Part shown: one piece after another, positions 1-12,241 of the stretch
Layout of the letters: each line of letters begins with the position of its first letter
Numbering within the stretch: position 1 is the stretch's first letter
Assembly: GCA_964016885.1 (NCBI GenBank)
Contig: OZ024759.1
Location: 26,784,001 to 26,848,000, forward strand
Direction: 5' to 3'
Length of the DNA stretch: 64,000 bases
Source of the DNA: Eledone cirrhosa
Lineage: Eukaryota
Position numbers and translations under genes: made by a program
The notes under the pieces: model-generated
The model's input: only the letters and a program-made list of their open reading frames with translations
What the model was told of the DNA's origin: nothing
Databases searched by the model: none

Positions 1-2050
1 TATCTTCCTTGGTCTTCCTCCCACTGGGATTACTTGGCACTTCTTCACCCTGCGGTGATCCTGCATACGCATCGCATGGCCATACCAACGCAGTCTTCTC
101 TCTCGCACACTACAGTTTATCCTTCTTATAGAGTTTCACTCTCAACTCATCCATGCTTGGTCTTTCATGCACATTGACATTGCACATCCAATGGAGCATG
201 CTTGCTTCATTTCTCTCCAGCCTTCGCATATCCTCTGCAGTTGCTGCCCATGTCTCACTAACATGCAACATTGTGCATCTCACACAGGCATCAAACAACC
301 AACCTTTTGTACGCAGGGAGAAACCCTTTGTCACCAGAGGAAGCAGCTCCCTAAACTTCTTCCAGCCCGTCCTTATTCTAGATACTATGGCCTCGGAACA
401 ACCCCCCCCCCCTCCCATACTAATCTGATCACCTAGGTACTGAAGCTATCAACCACTTTTATAGAACCTATCTGCATTTGAAAAATGGGTCTATCAATGC
501 GACTTCTACTGTCAAATTTCCCTGTACATCTACTGCATACGTAGTTTTCCCTACCTGTTAGTTTGCCTGCTATCCCACTACATCTCGTGTGTACCCAAGA
601 TCTGCATTGTGTACATTTTATAGAATGTATGCCAGTTCCTTTTCTGCATATTGAACATGACCATCAGAGTTTTGTCCTCTTTTCTACTTATCAACACTTT
701 TGTCTTAGCTAGGTTCACTCTCAGTCCTCTTAATTCCAACTGCTGTTTCCATAGCCAGAATTTATTCTCTATCTCCTCTACTGATTCTGCTATAAGAACC
801 AGATTGTCAGTATAGAGAAGTTCCCATGGGCAGCTAGTTTTAAACTCCTCTGTTATGGCTTGGAGGACTATAATGAAGAAGAGCGGGCTGAGGACCAAAC
901 TCTGATGGACTCCTCCTTGTATCTGGAATTCCTCACTAAACTCCCTCACTTTACAGACAGCACCTCTGTACAAAGCTTGCACTGTCCTCACAAGCCATTC
1001 CTCAACACCTAGTTTCCTTATAGATCACCGGATGACAGATTGGGGTACACTATCAAAGGCTTTCTCTAGGTCAACAAAAGCTAAGTATAATGGCTTATTC
1101 TTCTCTAAGAACCTCTCTTGTAGTTGTCTCACTAAGAAGAGGGCATCGGTTGTACTTTTCCCAGGCACAAAACCAAACTGCATCTCATCTAGTTTGACTC
1201 TTTCTCTAATTAGTTGCTCTAATATCCTTTCTGCCACTTTCATAACCTGATCCATCAGTTTTCTGCCTCTATAATTGATCCTCTCCAGAGCATCCCCTTT
1301 ACCTTTGTAGCAATTTATGAGAATACTGCTGCACCAGTCTTTGGGTATGACTCCGCCATATATAGCTTGATTGATTATGCTTGCAACCAGTTTAGTACCT
1401 ACTTCTCCTCATGCCTTCAGCATCTCAGCAACTATCCCTGATAGTCCAGCTGCCTTACCATTTTTCCTTTCTTTAATTGCCTCTTTGACCCTATAGTCAA
1501 CAATCTCAATAGCTGGTCCCTCTGTTCGGTCAAATGTGGGTAGTTTCTCTCTCTCCCATTCATTCTCTACATTCATCAGCCTCTCATAATGGCATTTCCA
1601 GGCCTCCTTTTTCTGATCATTATTGACACTGAGTACACCAGCATCATTCCGGACACATTTATCTCCAACAACATCCCGATTTACACTGACACACTGGCTT
1701 GCAATGCGGAACACCGCACGTCTTTGATCTTCCCGTCACAGAACATTGGCAACCCTCCTATTCTCAGCCTCCCTGCGTGCTAAGTACACCTGACGTCTAG
1801 CTTCTTTCTTAGCGGCTGTGCATCGGTCTCTACTCCCACCATTTATCGAAGTGTTCCATGCTAGTCTTTTGTCTCTAATGGCCTTATCTACCGTGTTGTC
1901 CCACCACCAGGTCACTCTCTGTCTGGTCGGAGCTCTGCTCCAGCCACAAGTGTCTTCAGCAGCCTGCAGTAAGTTGTCACATAAGAAATTCCAGTTATTA
2001 TCTATGTCATACGATTCTAAAACGGCTTCTTTCTCGTCATACACATCTTG
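1..2050 (-). mobile_element. Decayed RTE-clade non-LTR retrotransposon (LINE) reverse transcriptase region, 5'-truncated, with frameshifts and stops
   Basis: Collinear minus-strand ORF pieces: VTWWWDNTV, NGKAAGLSGIVAEMLKA, QFGFVPGKSTTDALF, YLAFVDLEKAFDSVP, GVHQ..LSPLFF, LLYTDNLVL (degenerate YADD), GLRVNLAKTKVL, RIRTGWKKFRELLP. It continues off the left edge. Confidence 0.92.
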
Positions 2051-2056
2051 AAGGGC

Positions 2057-2272
2057 TTAACCCCTTAGCATTAAAACCAGCTGTAACCGGCCAGAATTCT
2101 CTCACCTCTTTCTGTTCAAACCAGCCCTAATTAACCACTCATACTGATGTTAAAGTATTGTTCTGAAAATAAATAATATCGAAATCTCATAGATTCGATA
2201 TTATGTGAGATAAAGCCGTTACTGTGAAAATACAATAGTATATATAGAGTAATGTGAATGCTAAAGGGGTAA
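2057..2272. mobile_element. piggyBac-like MITE (~210 bp)
   Basis: TTAA|CCCCTTAGCATT at 2057-2072 and AATGCTAAAGGG|GTAA at 2257-2272 form near-perfect terminal inverted repeats with TTAA-like flanks. The interior is non-coding. It abuts the truncated LINE. Confidence 0.65.
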
Positions 2273-2699
2273 GAGATTTAATATTCTTAAGATTTAGATG
2301 TTTAAACTAATTTTAGTAAATTAAATTTGTTGCTTGTTTAGTTTTTCTTGTATTCACTTCTTTAAAAACCACAGTGTTGCTACCACGGTTGTTATGGCTA
2401 CCTCCCACCACTCCTCTCTCTATCAATGGAAGCAGACGACCAGGAAAAATATATTAAAATATTATAAATAAATCGCTGATTTTATTTTATCTGTCTTTGT
2501 CTTGTTTATCTCATTCTGTTCTTTATAAACCCATTTATAACATTTTATAAGGTTTTCTCAACGTAAACATCGGCGATTTCCCCCTCTCTATATATCTTAT
2601 ACTCTCTCTCTCTCTCTCATATGATTAGAAAATGTTAAAAATAACAGCCAAATCTATCAACCTCTTATTTCTCACCTTCTCTTTACATCTATCACTCTG

Positions 2700-2925
2700 T
2701 CAGAAGTAAAGAGAGATGAGAAATAAGAGATAGATAGAGGGTGAGAAATACAAAGAAGAAAGAATAAAAGAAGTAAAGATAGGGTGAGAAATATGAGGTA
2801 GATAGAGTAATAGAAATAAAGAGAGGGTGAGAAATACAAGGAAGAAAGTGTAATAGAAGAAAAGAGAGGGTGAGAAAGTAGAGGTAGATAGAGTAATAAA
2901 AGTAAAGAGAGGGTGAGAGAATTGA
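2700..2925. repeat. Purine-rich degenerate minisatellite
   Basis: GAGGGTGAGAAA(T)A-type motif recurs about 5 times at ~40-50 bp spacing in A/G-rich sequence. Confidence 0.6.
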
Positions 2926-3081
2926 GTGTGTGACACATTCGTCTTTCTATCTCTCTCTATTTCTCCTCCTTCCATGTATTATTGTCTCTTACTACTCATC
3001 GTAAAAGATGATCCCCGCGCCATCTTTCGAGTAAGCAATGAAACTCTAAAGAACCATGGGTGATAACTCTATTTGAAAAAT

Positions 3082-3302
3082 TGAGGCGCCGGAAGGGTTC
3101 GAACCCATGTAACGTCATGATGCTAATGTTTGTAAGCCGAATCGCTAACCACCCATCTACATAAGTAACTGTTCGTAGCGCCCTCTTTCACTAAACAGTG
3201 AAACTATATAAAAAGACTAGGAGATAACTCGTGTGGCACTATAGAGAAGAGTGTAAGATTCGAACCATGTAACGTTACAGCCCTAAGGTTAGTAAGCGGA
3301 GC
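3082..3302 (-). mobile_element. Two degenerate tRNA-derived (SINE-head-like) remnants
   Basis: The reverse complement reads TGGTTAGCG...GGTTCGAACCC (Pol III A/B-box-like). A second partial copy sharing TTCGAACC(C)ATGTAACGT lies at 3259-3276. No complete cloverleaf is visible. Confidence 0.45.
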
Positions 3303-3734
3303 TACGGATTTAAAAGGAAAATCGCGTTTAAAATAAGCTTTATAAAGATAAACCAAATTTTATGTGACTCCATTTTGTTTGTTATTGTTTCTTTTACTGT
3401 TTTACTTATTTCTTATTTCTTATTAAATTACACTTAATTAATTCCATTAAATATTTATTCTTGCTCATATTAAATTACTGTATATTTATTCATGTCATTG
3501 TTGCAACTTTCATTTCTACATCTTTCATTTATACCGACTGTTACACCGGTCGTATAATTACTTTTATAACACCGCTATATTACCTACATGAAAGAGGTAA
3601 ATATTTATTTCTCTTGTCTTCTTAACATAGCTAGGACCGTTTATTATTTACTAGTCTCTACTCCTAGGACTTTGCTGGTCTCATGTCCCCTCCATCAACA
3701 CACAATCGGTAGAAAGCTGGTCGTCGGAGGTAAA

Positions 3735-3876
3735 GTGGCCCTGATTACAGGTCTAGTATTGAAGCCTTTCGGCTTGAGCCTTGCTGATGCCGACAGAGTT
3801 CCTGTGGTAGTTTTGGTAGCACAGGTGACATTTTATTGTGTTTAGGTACCGGCTAGTGCGGACACAGAGAGCACGA
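3735..3876 (-). pseudogene. Decayed PHD-finger coding fragment (unit copy 1)
   Basis: Hand translation: CSLC/(frameshift)RTSRYLNTIKCHLCYQNYHRNSVGISKAQAERLQY*TCNQG, matching C4HC3 spacing. Confidence 0.6.
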
Positions 3877-4047
3877 CCAAGTGTAGAGGGCCAGCTTTGA
3901 AATTCGAGCGAAGGAGTGAACTAGTAAAAGAGGCAGGGTAAGCAGCATTGGTTCTAACGGTGGGACTAGAACGGAGGTTGGGTGGTGCTGGGGGTGGTCT
4001 AACAGCTAACAGTTGTAGGAATGGTGGGGGTTTGGTAGGATTAATTT

Positions 4048-6345
4048 TTACACCTGTCTGTGAACTCTTGAAAAAGCAACATACAATTGTCCAGGGTTAA
4101 ATACTTGCTCAGGGAGGAACAGACCCACTTTATCATGTATTTGACCATGGTTCTTGTTGATTGTCATGGCATATGACAGTCTTAATGGAAACTGGGGTCT
4201 TTCCAAAGTAAAAGGGATGTTGCCACCACTGGGAACTAACTTCAGTCTTCGGATCAAAACATACCTGCCCATCAAAGGACCATAGATATGAGAAGCTTCG
4301 ATAAAATGTTTATGCAGTTCCACTACTTCTAATCTTGTGCCAATAAAATAATCTGTTCTGGATTGAAATATTCCATAGAAGCATTATTATTGATCCTGCT
4401 TTTAATTGGAGTTTGTGAGGCGGCATCCCAGAAGGTGTAAGCATTGCCTCTTTGAAAGTAAACTCTGTTTGTTCTCCAGGTGTGTGGCTAGGCTGTATAC
4501 TGTATGTGATGTACCATGAAGCTTAAATTCTGAGAGACACAACACTGCTTCTGGCTGAGACACATACCTGCAACAAAGATAGGTTTTTATTTCATCATGG
4601 TTGTGTTGGTTCTGAGCCTCATTAGGTAATGCATTATTCGTTACTTCTATAGATGTACAATCATGCCCCATGTAACATATTTAAAGAGGTACTTGACACT
4701 TTTTACAGAAGCGCAAACTTCAACATTAATATGTGCACAATATTTCTTAAGCAAAAAGGCATTAAATGGCACAACATTCCTGTTATCTACTGAATGTCAT
4801 CCAATTTACACTGCAGTTCCTGTCTTGCACCTCCTGTACTCTGGGTATCCATTTAGGTTCAATAATGTTTCCCTTCTGTAGGTTTTTGGATAGTTCTTTT
4901 GGAAAAATCCATTTTGTATAAATGGGGGAAAAGGGTTTCCAGAACCACATGGCCTGTGGATAATAAACTTTTAAACCTGCTCATGTAGTACTGGATCATC
5001 TTCCAATGCAGGTATTTCTGCTGACACGATTCTGTCAATGTCTTCTCTGTTTCATATCTTGTCTTCATTTTTTAAGGCTCAGTGTTATCATCTGTTTAGA
5101 TAATTCATTAAACCATTATACTCATCCACTCACAATTGGGCTTGATTGTTCCTCAAATATTGAAGCCTGCATCCCTCTACTTTCATATAGGCTTCCACTA
5201 AATACTGCTAAAATAATTTACCTGCCCTATATATCGCACTAAATCCTCCTCTATCTGCTATACAGTATATGTAATACTCCTGCATTGTCAGTCTATTGCA
5301 AACACAGGTCCTGCATTCCTCTCCATGTCACTATGCCACCAAAATTCACCATTATCGGTCGGTCATGAGGTCCAAGTGGCATGAATTATGTGGTATTTTC
5401 TGAGGAGGATGGTCTTTAGGAAAGATGATAATATCTCTTTGTACAGGTGGTGTGCCCTCAATCCCCCACAAAACAACAGCTATCATTACTAGTTGGTAAA
5501 TTATAGCAGCTCATATCTGATCCTCTTCTAAATCTTAATTCACAGTTCTGTACAGGACAATTTTCTCTTCTAGAACTTTGCTGTTTGATGCCATGCATTG
5601 TATTGTACACTTCGACATATGGATAACATTCATGCAACACCTCTCTTATCGTAGCCATTTTTTGTGGTGAGCAGTCATTATTTGTTGGTACTAGGGCGGT
5701 GGATTGGCAGTATCGGTAGAGCGTCAGACACCATGCTTTGCAGCATAGGGTTATGGCCCTTTACGTTCTGGGTTCAAATCCCTCCAAGGTTGACTTTGTT
5801 TTCATCCTTATGAGGTCGATAGAATAAAGTACCAGTAATTGCTGGCCTTGTGCCAGAAACAATTATTTGGTTGTACTTCCAATCTGTGCTACACACTTTC
5901 ATTCCCATCAATAATATATAACTGGCCATATTGTGGTGTATTTTCTGCAGGTTACAGAGATGGGGGTGTATTGATATGTTTGACCCTGAATATGAAAGCT
6001 ATACGGGCCTCTGCCGGGTGGTAACACCAAATGAAGTGAAATAAATGTAGTTTTAATTGCAGATGTTTCTGTGAAATCAACTGCTTCCTGGCCTCTTTCA
6101 AAGAGATTTCTCAGTCTCTCAGGGTATATTTGCAATGGTGGCAACACAACCTTTCCTTTATTACAACAGTTACAATTTTCATTTCTAAATTTCAAAGCTC
6201 CACAGTGATCACACGAAACATTCATATCACTAATATGAAATTCTTCTACATTTCCATTAATATTAATTGTTGGCCAATTTCTCTTACGACGCTCATTATC
6301 CATTCTTCTCTGTCTGAATGTTTTCCATTCTAAGTCTATTTGCAT
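4048..6345 (-). mobile_element. Helitron Rep/Pif1-helicase pseudogene, internally deleted (unit copy 1)
   Basis: N-terminal MNVSCDHCGALKF..CCNKGKVVLP, GPYSFHIQGQTY and YNLPT; QYLVEAYMKVE; Rep-region HGPCG, GYPEYRR, NVEVCASVKSVKYLFKY, DEIKTYLCCRYVS; Pif1 C-terminus QFPLRLSYAMTINK..GQ and GQLYVAFSRV. Many stops and frameshifts. Confidence 0.93.
5694..5862 (+). mobile_element. tRNA-derived SINE inserted in the Helitron ORF (also at ~17836, 27377, 43563, 61125)
   Basis: A-box-like TGGCAGTATCGG, B-box GGTTCAAATCC and body TTTCATCCTT..GGTCGATA.AATAAAGTACCAGT. Flanked by a degenerate ~16-bp direct repeat (ATTATTTGTTGGTACT / ATTATTTGGTTGTACT). It interrupts collinear Helitron coding sequence. Confidence 0.85.
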
Positions 6346-6619
6346 GGAATAATTATATTCTGTTGTTTATTATGTAATTAAATAGCTCTGTACAATACAT
6401 AGAGCATTCTTCTTTTCTTTACCTTTTCTATGGAAATACAAGAACAAACATATATATATATATATATATATGTGTGTGTATATACATAAACAAGACTGTT
6501 ATTGCTCCAACCAGTCTATTTACCTTTGATAACTATCCTAAATATAAATACACCTATACCATACATACATATATCATATATGTTTTTGATGCCGTGGTAT
6601 AGCAGAGATAAGCAAGAAG

Positions 6620-6925
6620 AGAAAAGAAAATGAAAAGGAGAAAAAAAAGAAGTAAGAAGTCGGGGGAGGGACAGACACTTCACCCCAATCTAAGTGGTCC
6701 CTCAGCCGCAACCTGTGGAAGAAACGTAAAAGCGTTACCTCGGAGCAAGGCCAGAGACACCTGCTACAATAGTCGCCCCTCCTCATGAGGCTCCTGTCGT
6801 CTTTCCTCCCGACTTTATGGAGGAAATCAGCAGTACAGGGACCAAGTATGGCAGAGGTCTCAATGGAGTGGAAGAGGTGAGTCAGGCCTTGGTACTATCT
6901 TACTATCCTCTGCATTGCGGGGTGT
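6620..6925 (-). mobile_element. 3' end of CRE-like (restriction-like endonuclease) non-LTR element with pyrimidine-rich tail; repeated at ~18.8, 44.5, 47.6, 50.1, 52.6 kb
   Basis: Hand translation gives YQGLTHLFHSIETSAILGPCTADFLHKVGRK...QVSLALLRGNAF, resembling the KY..L..F..ET.G..G...SLA..RGNA C-terminus of CRE-clade ORFs. Confidence 0.65.
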
Positions 6926-7039
6926 GGAGCCTAGGTTTGTGGCTGTAGCTATATTTGAACTTTTATATGAAATTTCAGTTTTATATTTTTCACATCATAA
7001 AACTTAATCTTAGTCTTTTGCAGCTCATCTTGTTTCATC

Positions 7040-7073
7040 TCGCAGCATACGATTTGGGAACCACTGCTCTAGA
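7040..7073. mobile_element. hAT/Charlie-like terminus remnant
   Basis: TTTGGGAACCACTG followed by CTCTAGAG. This is the reverse of a CAGTGGTTCCCAAA TIR plus an NTCTAGAN-type target site. No matching second end was identified. Confidence 0.45.
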
Positions 7074-7704
7074 GATAGAAAAAGTATATATTATGCAGGG
7101 CTTCCCTGAGACATAAAAATTATTTCAAGAGATCGACATGGGTAGAAAGGTTGAGAAATGCTGCACAATGTTCTTTGGTTTTTGTTCACCTTTAAATAAT
7201 CATGTATAAAATATCGGGTGTGCAAGATTTCATGAAAAGGTATAACATTATTTATGCTGATCTTGCAGGGACTAGCTCCAATTGAGAGTTGTACCAATTC
7301 CCACTAAACTCGAAACTCCTGGACAATATATACATATCTTTATAAGTTCCTGTGTATTGTGTCGCTGTATAATGAAACATAAATATATACCATGCATGTC
7401 AGTCAGATTTGAACTCACTATATTTGGCGTTTTATAGATATAATTTGTTTGTTAAAACAATTGATTAAATAATAACTAAATAAAATTAATTCTACAATGC
7501 TGGATAGGGAATGAACTTATAACTTCATAATAGAAGCCATCTATTCGAGCAGTATTGCCATCTAAGCCACCAGGTTACTTATAGAACTTCATTCAAATAT
7601 AAAATATATGCCAGACATAGTGAGTTCGAATCTGACTGATTAGTTGGTCATTGTCCCAGCCAACCAGTAGGTGACATCGACTAGGTTGGGAAAACTTGGT
7701 TAAG

Positions 7705-7842
7705 TAGCTCCAGTTATTGCTACGTTAGACATATTCAAGACTTATCGACACCGAATGGAAGAAAGGTAAAGTTGAACTCAGAGTAAAGAACTGGAAAAAT
7801 ACTGCAAAGAATTCTATCTGATGTTCTAACAATTCTACCAAA
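7705..7842 (-). mobile_element. Degenerate SINE, same family as 5694, reverse orientation
   Basis: TTATCGACACCGAATGGAAGAAAGGTAAAGTTGA is the diverged reverse complement of the SINE body. Confidence 0.55.
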
Positions 7843-8494
7843 TTACCTTATGTATATATATTTATATCTAGAGATAAGAAGAAAACTGAAAGAAAGAAAA
7901 AAAAAAAAAATGATACCTTATATGTAACACATGACCAGGATTGAAACCGAAACCAGGACTACCACCATCTCTGGTATCACCCACCAGACCACCATGAAAG
8001 ATACAAAAATCTGCTTTTTTAATATTTATAAGCCTACTTTCAATATTAAAGTAATTAACATGTGGTGTTGTTCATGCCTTTCTCTATGTTATTGGTAAAA
8101 AATAAAGTATTTAAACCTCAAATTTTGTTATTCAAATATGCTTGCTTATGTAATTATAAATGTCGCAGAATACACACACATATATAGATGTGAAAATATT
8201 CAGGACCCCAACGGCTGTGCTACTGCCGTTTCGACATCTATATATATATCTTTTAGTCCTAGGCTCTTTCAGCGCAGAAAGAATTCTCCAATGATCACAA
8301 CCAGCTAATGGTGCCCAGTGGAAGCACTTTAGTCTAATTATAACCCCAACGATCACGATTAGCGGCGGCTTTTTCGAGTCTGAGGTTGACTGCCACACAT
8401 ATATATATATCTATATATATATATATATATTTTTATACTTTGCTAGAATCCCGGAGAACAACAGAAAGATGCTGAGTTCAGAGTTTAAAAAACA

Positions 8495-9075
8495 TGTCCC
8501 CCTTTAATATAAAAACAATCCGAGTCTTGTAAAAGTGTTATTACTGTAATATAGAGTAGAAACCCTTTATTTAAACAAAGCTGCGATGCAGCGATCATCA
8601 AAGCAAACCCCAAAATGTAAACAAACTTCTCGCAGGTGCTGCCAGATACACGATAACATGTGTATACGAAGTGTAACAGGGAGTTGGGTCGTATTATATG
8701 ACTTTCAAATTGACCCCTATTATATTCAAATTATCCCCTGTGGGGCGTGCACCCCACGTTGAGAATCCCTCATAAATAAATATATGTGAGTGTGTTGCTA
8801 TGACTGCTATTTCTAGCAGGTTTACTGCAGTCCTGTAGACGCACAACAAAAACCGGAAGTGGCAGCCATTAAAAAACTTTGGCTTAAAATCAGGCAAAAG
8901 TTTTTTAACAATTTGCCAAGAAAGATAACTCTTGTCTTACTTAATCGCAAAAATCGAGGCAAAAATTTTGCGGGTGTGCAGTTTGTTTGGTGTATTTGAC
9001 TGCTATTTCTAGCATATATGGACACTTTAGAAATAGCAGCGAAACACGGGAAACATAAGAAAGAAGGACACACAC

Positions 9076-9118
<43 letters not shown>

Positions 9119-9770
9119 GATATATACATTTAAATATATATATTTATATATACATACACGCGCGCGCACACACCTATACGTAGATATGGGTGTGTGTATA
9201 GCTGGTATATATATATATGTATGGGTGAGTGTATAGCTGGTATATATATATATATATATATAGGTGTGTGTCCTTCTTTCTGCTGTTTTCCGTTTTTCGC
9301 TGCTATTTCTAAAGTGTCCATACATGCTAGAAATAGCAGTCAAATACACCAAACAAACTGCACACCCGCAAAATTTTTGCCTCGATTTTTGCGATTAAGT
9401 AAGTCAAGAGTTATCTTTCTTGGCAAATTGTTAAAAAACTTTTGCCTGATTTTAAGCCAAAGTTTTTTAATGGCTGCCACTTCCGGTTTTTGTTGTGCGT
9501 CTACAGGACTGCAGTAAACCTGCTAGAAATAGCAGTCATAGCAACACACTCACATATATTTATTTATGAGGGATTCTCAACGTGGGGTGCACGCCCCACA
9601 GGGGATAATTTGAATATAATAGGGGTCAATTTGAAAGTCATATAATACGACCAAGCTTCCAGATACACTTCGTATACACATGTTATTTGAAGTTTGTTTT
9701 GATCATCGCTGCATCGCAGCTTTGTTTAAATAAAGGGTTTCTACTTTATATTACAGTAATAAAAGTTTTA
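8495..9770. repeat. Long inverted-repeat (fold-back/MITE-like) element with ~330-450 bp arms around a (TA)n/(CA)n-rich spacer
   Basis: 8690-9015 is the reverse complement of 9324-9650; identical spurious ORFs appear at 8694-8897(-) and 9442-9645(+). Outer arms 8540-8605 pair with 9695-9760. Confidence 0.85.
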
Positions 9771-10023
9771 CTTCGTCTACACATGTTATCGTGTATCCGG
9801 CTGCACCTATGGGCTGTTTGTTTATACTTTGGTGTTTATTTTGATCATCGCCTCATCGCAGCTTTGTTTAATTAAAGGTTGCGAGGGGGATCACTGATAT
9901 AAATATATATATATATAGATAGAGAGAGAGAGAGAGAGAACGAAAAGACACACACATATATATACATACACGCAGACATACACCTGTGTGTATGTGTATG
10001 TGCGTGTGTGCGTGTCTTTGGCT

Positions 10024-10025
<2 letters not shown>

Positions 10026-10074
<49 letters not shown>

Positions 10075-10075
10075 G
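10026..10075. repeat. (CT)n microsatellite
   Basis: Direct reading of the sequence. Confidence 0.9.
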
Positions 10076-10194
10076 TGTATATATATACAGACACACACTG
10101 TTGTTTCTTGATTTTTAGCTGCTGTTTCTAAAGTGTCTATTAATATATGCTAGAAATAGCAGTCAAGGGAACATTTACGTATATATATGTAAGG

Positions 10195-10600
10195 ACAGTG
10201 ACACCTGCTGCAACAGGCATCCAACCTCGTGGGACTCCATCCTCAGACGGGCCACAGACACTGCGATGTTGCGGAGGAGCTCGGCTGTAATGGGTCCAAG
10301 TTGGCCCGGGGTCTCGACGGCGGCTGGTGCTTAGAAGAGGCTCCAGGACAAACACCGGAATTTGTTTATTTTATGTTCATCTGCGAGACGGGCAGCGATG
10401 CTGGGGTTTGTGGATCTACCTCCTTCGAATGGGAAGAGGGTGATTCCCTCGGGGTGCTTGCCATCTCCGCGGCCTAGGCCTGCTGGCTCCAGTTGAGATG
10501 GAAATTCAGCTGCGTCCAGGCTTCTTCTCACTATGTCGTTGAGAGCATTTATGTGGCTCACACACGCGGAGGCCAAGGCGTTGGGCTACTCCGATGCGAG
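10195..10600 (-). mobile_element. CRE-like non-LTR retrotransposon endonuclease-domain fragment
   Basis: HINALNDIVRRSLDAAEFPSQLEPAGLGRGDGKHPEGITLFPFEGGR matches the RH..LND..RR.L......LEP.GL.R.DGKRPDG.T..P motif of RLE domains. Confidence 0.75.
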
Positions 10601-11979
10601 TTCAATCATCATCAAGAATTTATTTGAATTGAAAGGTCACTAAACTAATATAGGAGTGTCATTTAAAAATAAGGTAAACAGAAATAGTTACACCGGTAAC
10701 ATAATTACTGTTACACCGGTAGTTCACTAACAATTCATTTCACGTTCCTCTCTAACAGGTAATGTTTTAATTTGCTCTCCATGTTGGGGAGTAACTGTAG
10801 TTTGGCTTGCTAGGGGTCATACATCTTCATACATACACACACATACTATATATATATATACAAAGGAAAGGAAGATTAACAAATATCAGAGGATTTGACC
10901 GGCTTCTTCCTCTTGGCACCTGTAGCCACCATGACGTATAAGTATAAATATATATATATACATATCTATCTATCTATATATATATCATCATTTTCATTTT
11001 ACGTCTGCTTTTCCCTGTTTGCAAGGGTGGGGCATATATATATATATATCATCATCATTATACATCCACTTTTCCCCGCTTGGCAGCACCTACGAGAAGT
11101 TTGTTTTGATCATCGCTGCATCGTAGCTTTGTTTAAATAAAGGGTTTCTACTTTATATTACAGTAATAATACTTTCAGAATACTCGGATTGTTTTTATAT
11201 TAAAGGGGAACATAAACATATTTTAGAGGAGGGGTGTGGAACAGAAAAGTTTGGGGACCACTGATACACACACACATTTATTTACTATATATATGTCTGT
11301 GTGTGTATACTATATATATATATATGTACAGGGAGGTCGAAGCATTTCAGAATTTTTCTAGGCGGCGGGGGGGGGGGTGCAAATCCCCCTCTTTATATCA
11401 ATTAGCACACACTCTCTCCCTCTCTATATCTACTACACGGCACTCTCTTCCAATACCCCTCTCTATATGAAGTAACACCAAACTCTCCCCCTCTCTATAT
11501 ATTAAGCACTAAGTCAGGAATTTTTTTCTTCTTTCGTGCAGAGAGAGTAAAGTTGATTAAATCTACTGCAGTGAATTACTGGTATTTTATTTAATAAAAA
11601 TTAAAATTTACTATTTGTCTTCGTTTAATTTTCGTTTTTCTTTACATAGTTTCGTTTCGTTAAATGTCTCCAGAATTTGTTTTTACTTTTACCGGATATT
11701 GAAGGTGTAAACTTGGTGTTGTCTAGAAACGTGTTAGAAATATTTTTCTTTTAATTGTGAAGAATTTAACCGCAAAGTAAGTTTTTTTTACTGTTTATTT
11801 GTGGCTGGGACAACGTATGGTATGTGTTAATGTAAATGGTGAAGGTTTAAAGATTCTTTTTACAACTGAAAATCAGTTTGTTGTTGCTGCTAATTACTTA
11901 ACGCATGGAATAGATTAAAAAAATACAGGATTGTTTCTCGGAAGAGAGAAAGAAGAAACAACAAATCACAGAAGCGGGT

Positions 11980-12160
11980 AGCACACACATTTGGGACCAC
12001 ATACAACACAAAAACAGGTAATCCACACATCTGGGACCACATACAACACACCAGCAGGTAATACATACATCTAGGACCACATAAGCAGGTAATACACACA
12101 TCTAGGACCACATACAACACACAAGCAGGTAATACACACATCTAGGACGACATACAACCA
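11980..12160. repeat. ~40-bp tandem repeat (4-5 copies) 3' of a CRE-like ORF end; also 23780-23960 and 57585-57765
   Basis: Recurrent CACATCTAGGACCACATACAACAC..AGCAGGTAAT. Confidence 0.8.
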
Positions 12161-12241
12161 AAGGCAGGCGAAAGGGGTGGACAAACGAGCTGCTACTAGA
12201 TCAAAAGATAACAGTATCGCGAGGAGCACTGGGAAACCTCT

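Noticed and set aside
3082-3165. Functional tRNA gene (also the B-box GTTCGAATCC at ~21476 and the SINE heads)
   Set aside because: Only box-like motifs are present and I could not build a consistent cloverleaf. They are better explained as SINE remnants.
8694-9645. Repeated 67-aa ORF (MPDFKPKFF...) and Tyr/Ile-rich ORFs as a small gene family
   Set aside because: These are by-products of the inverted-repeat element and (TA)n/(CA)n tracts, with alternative starts and no coding signal.
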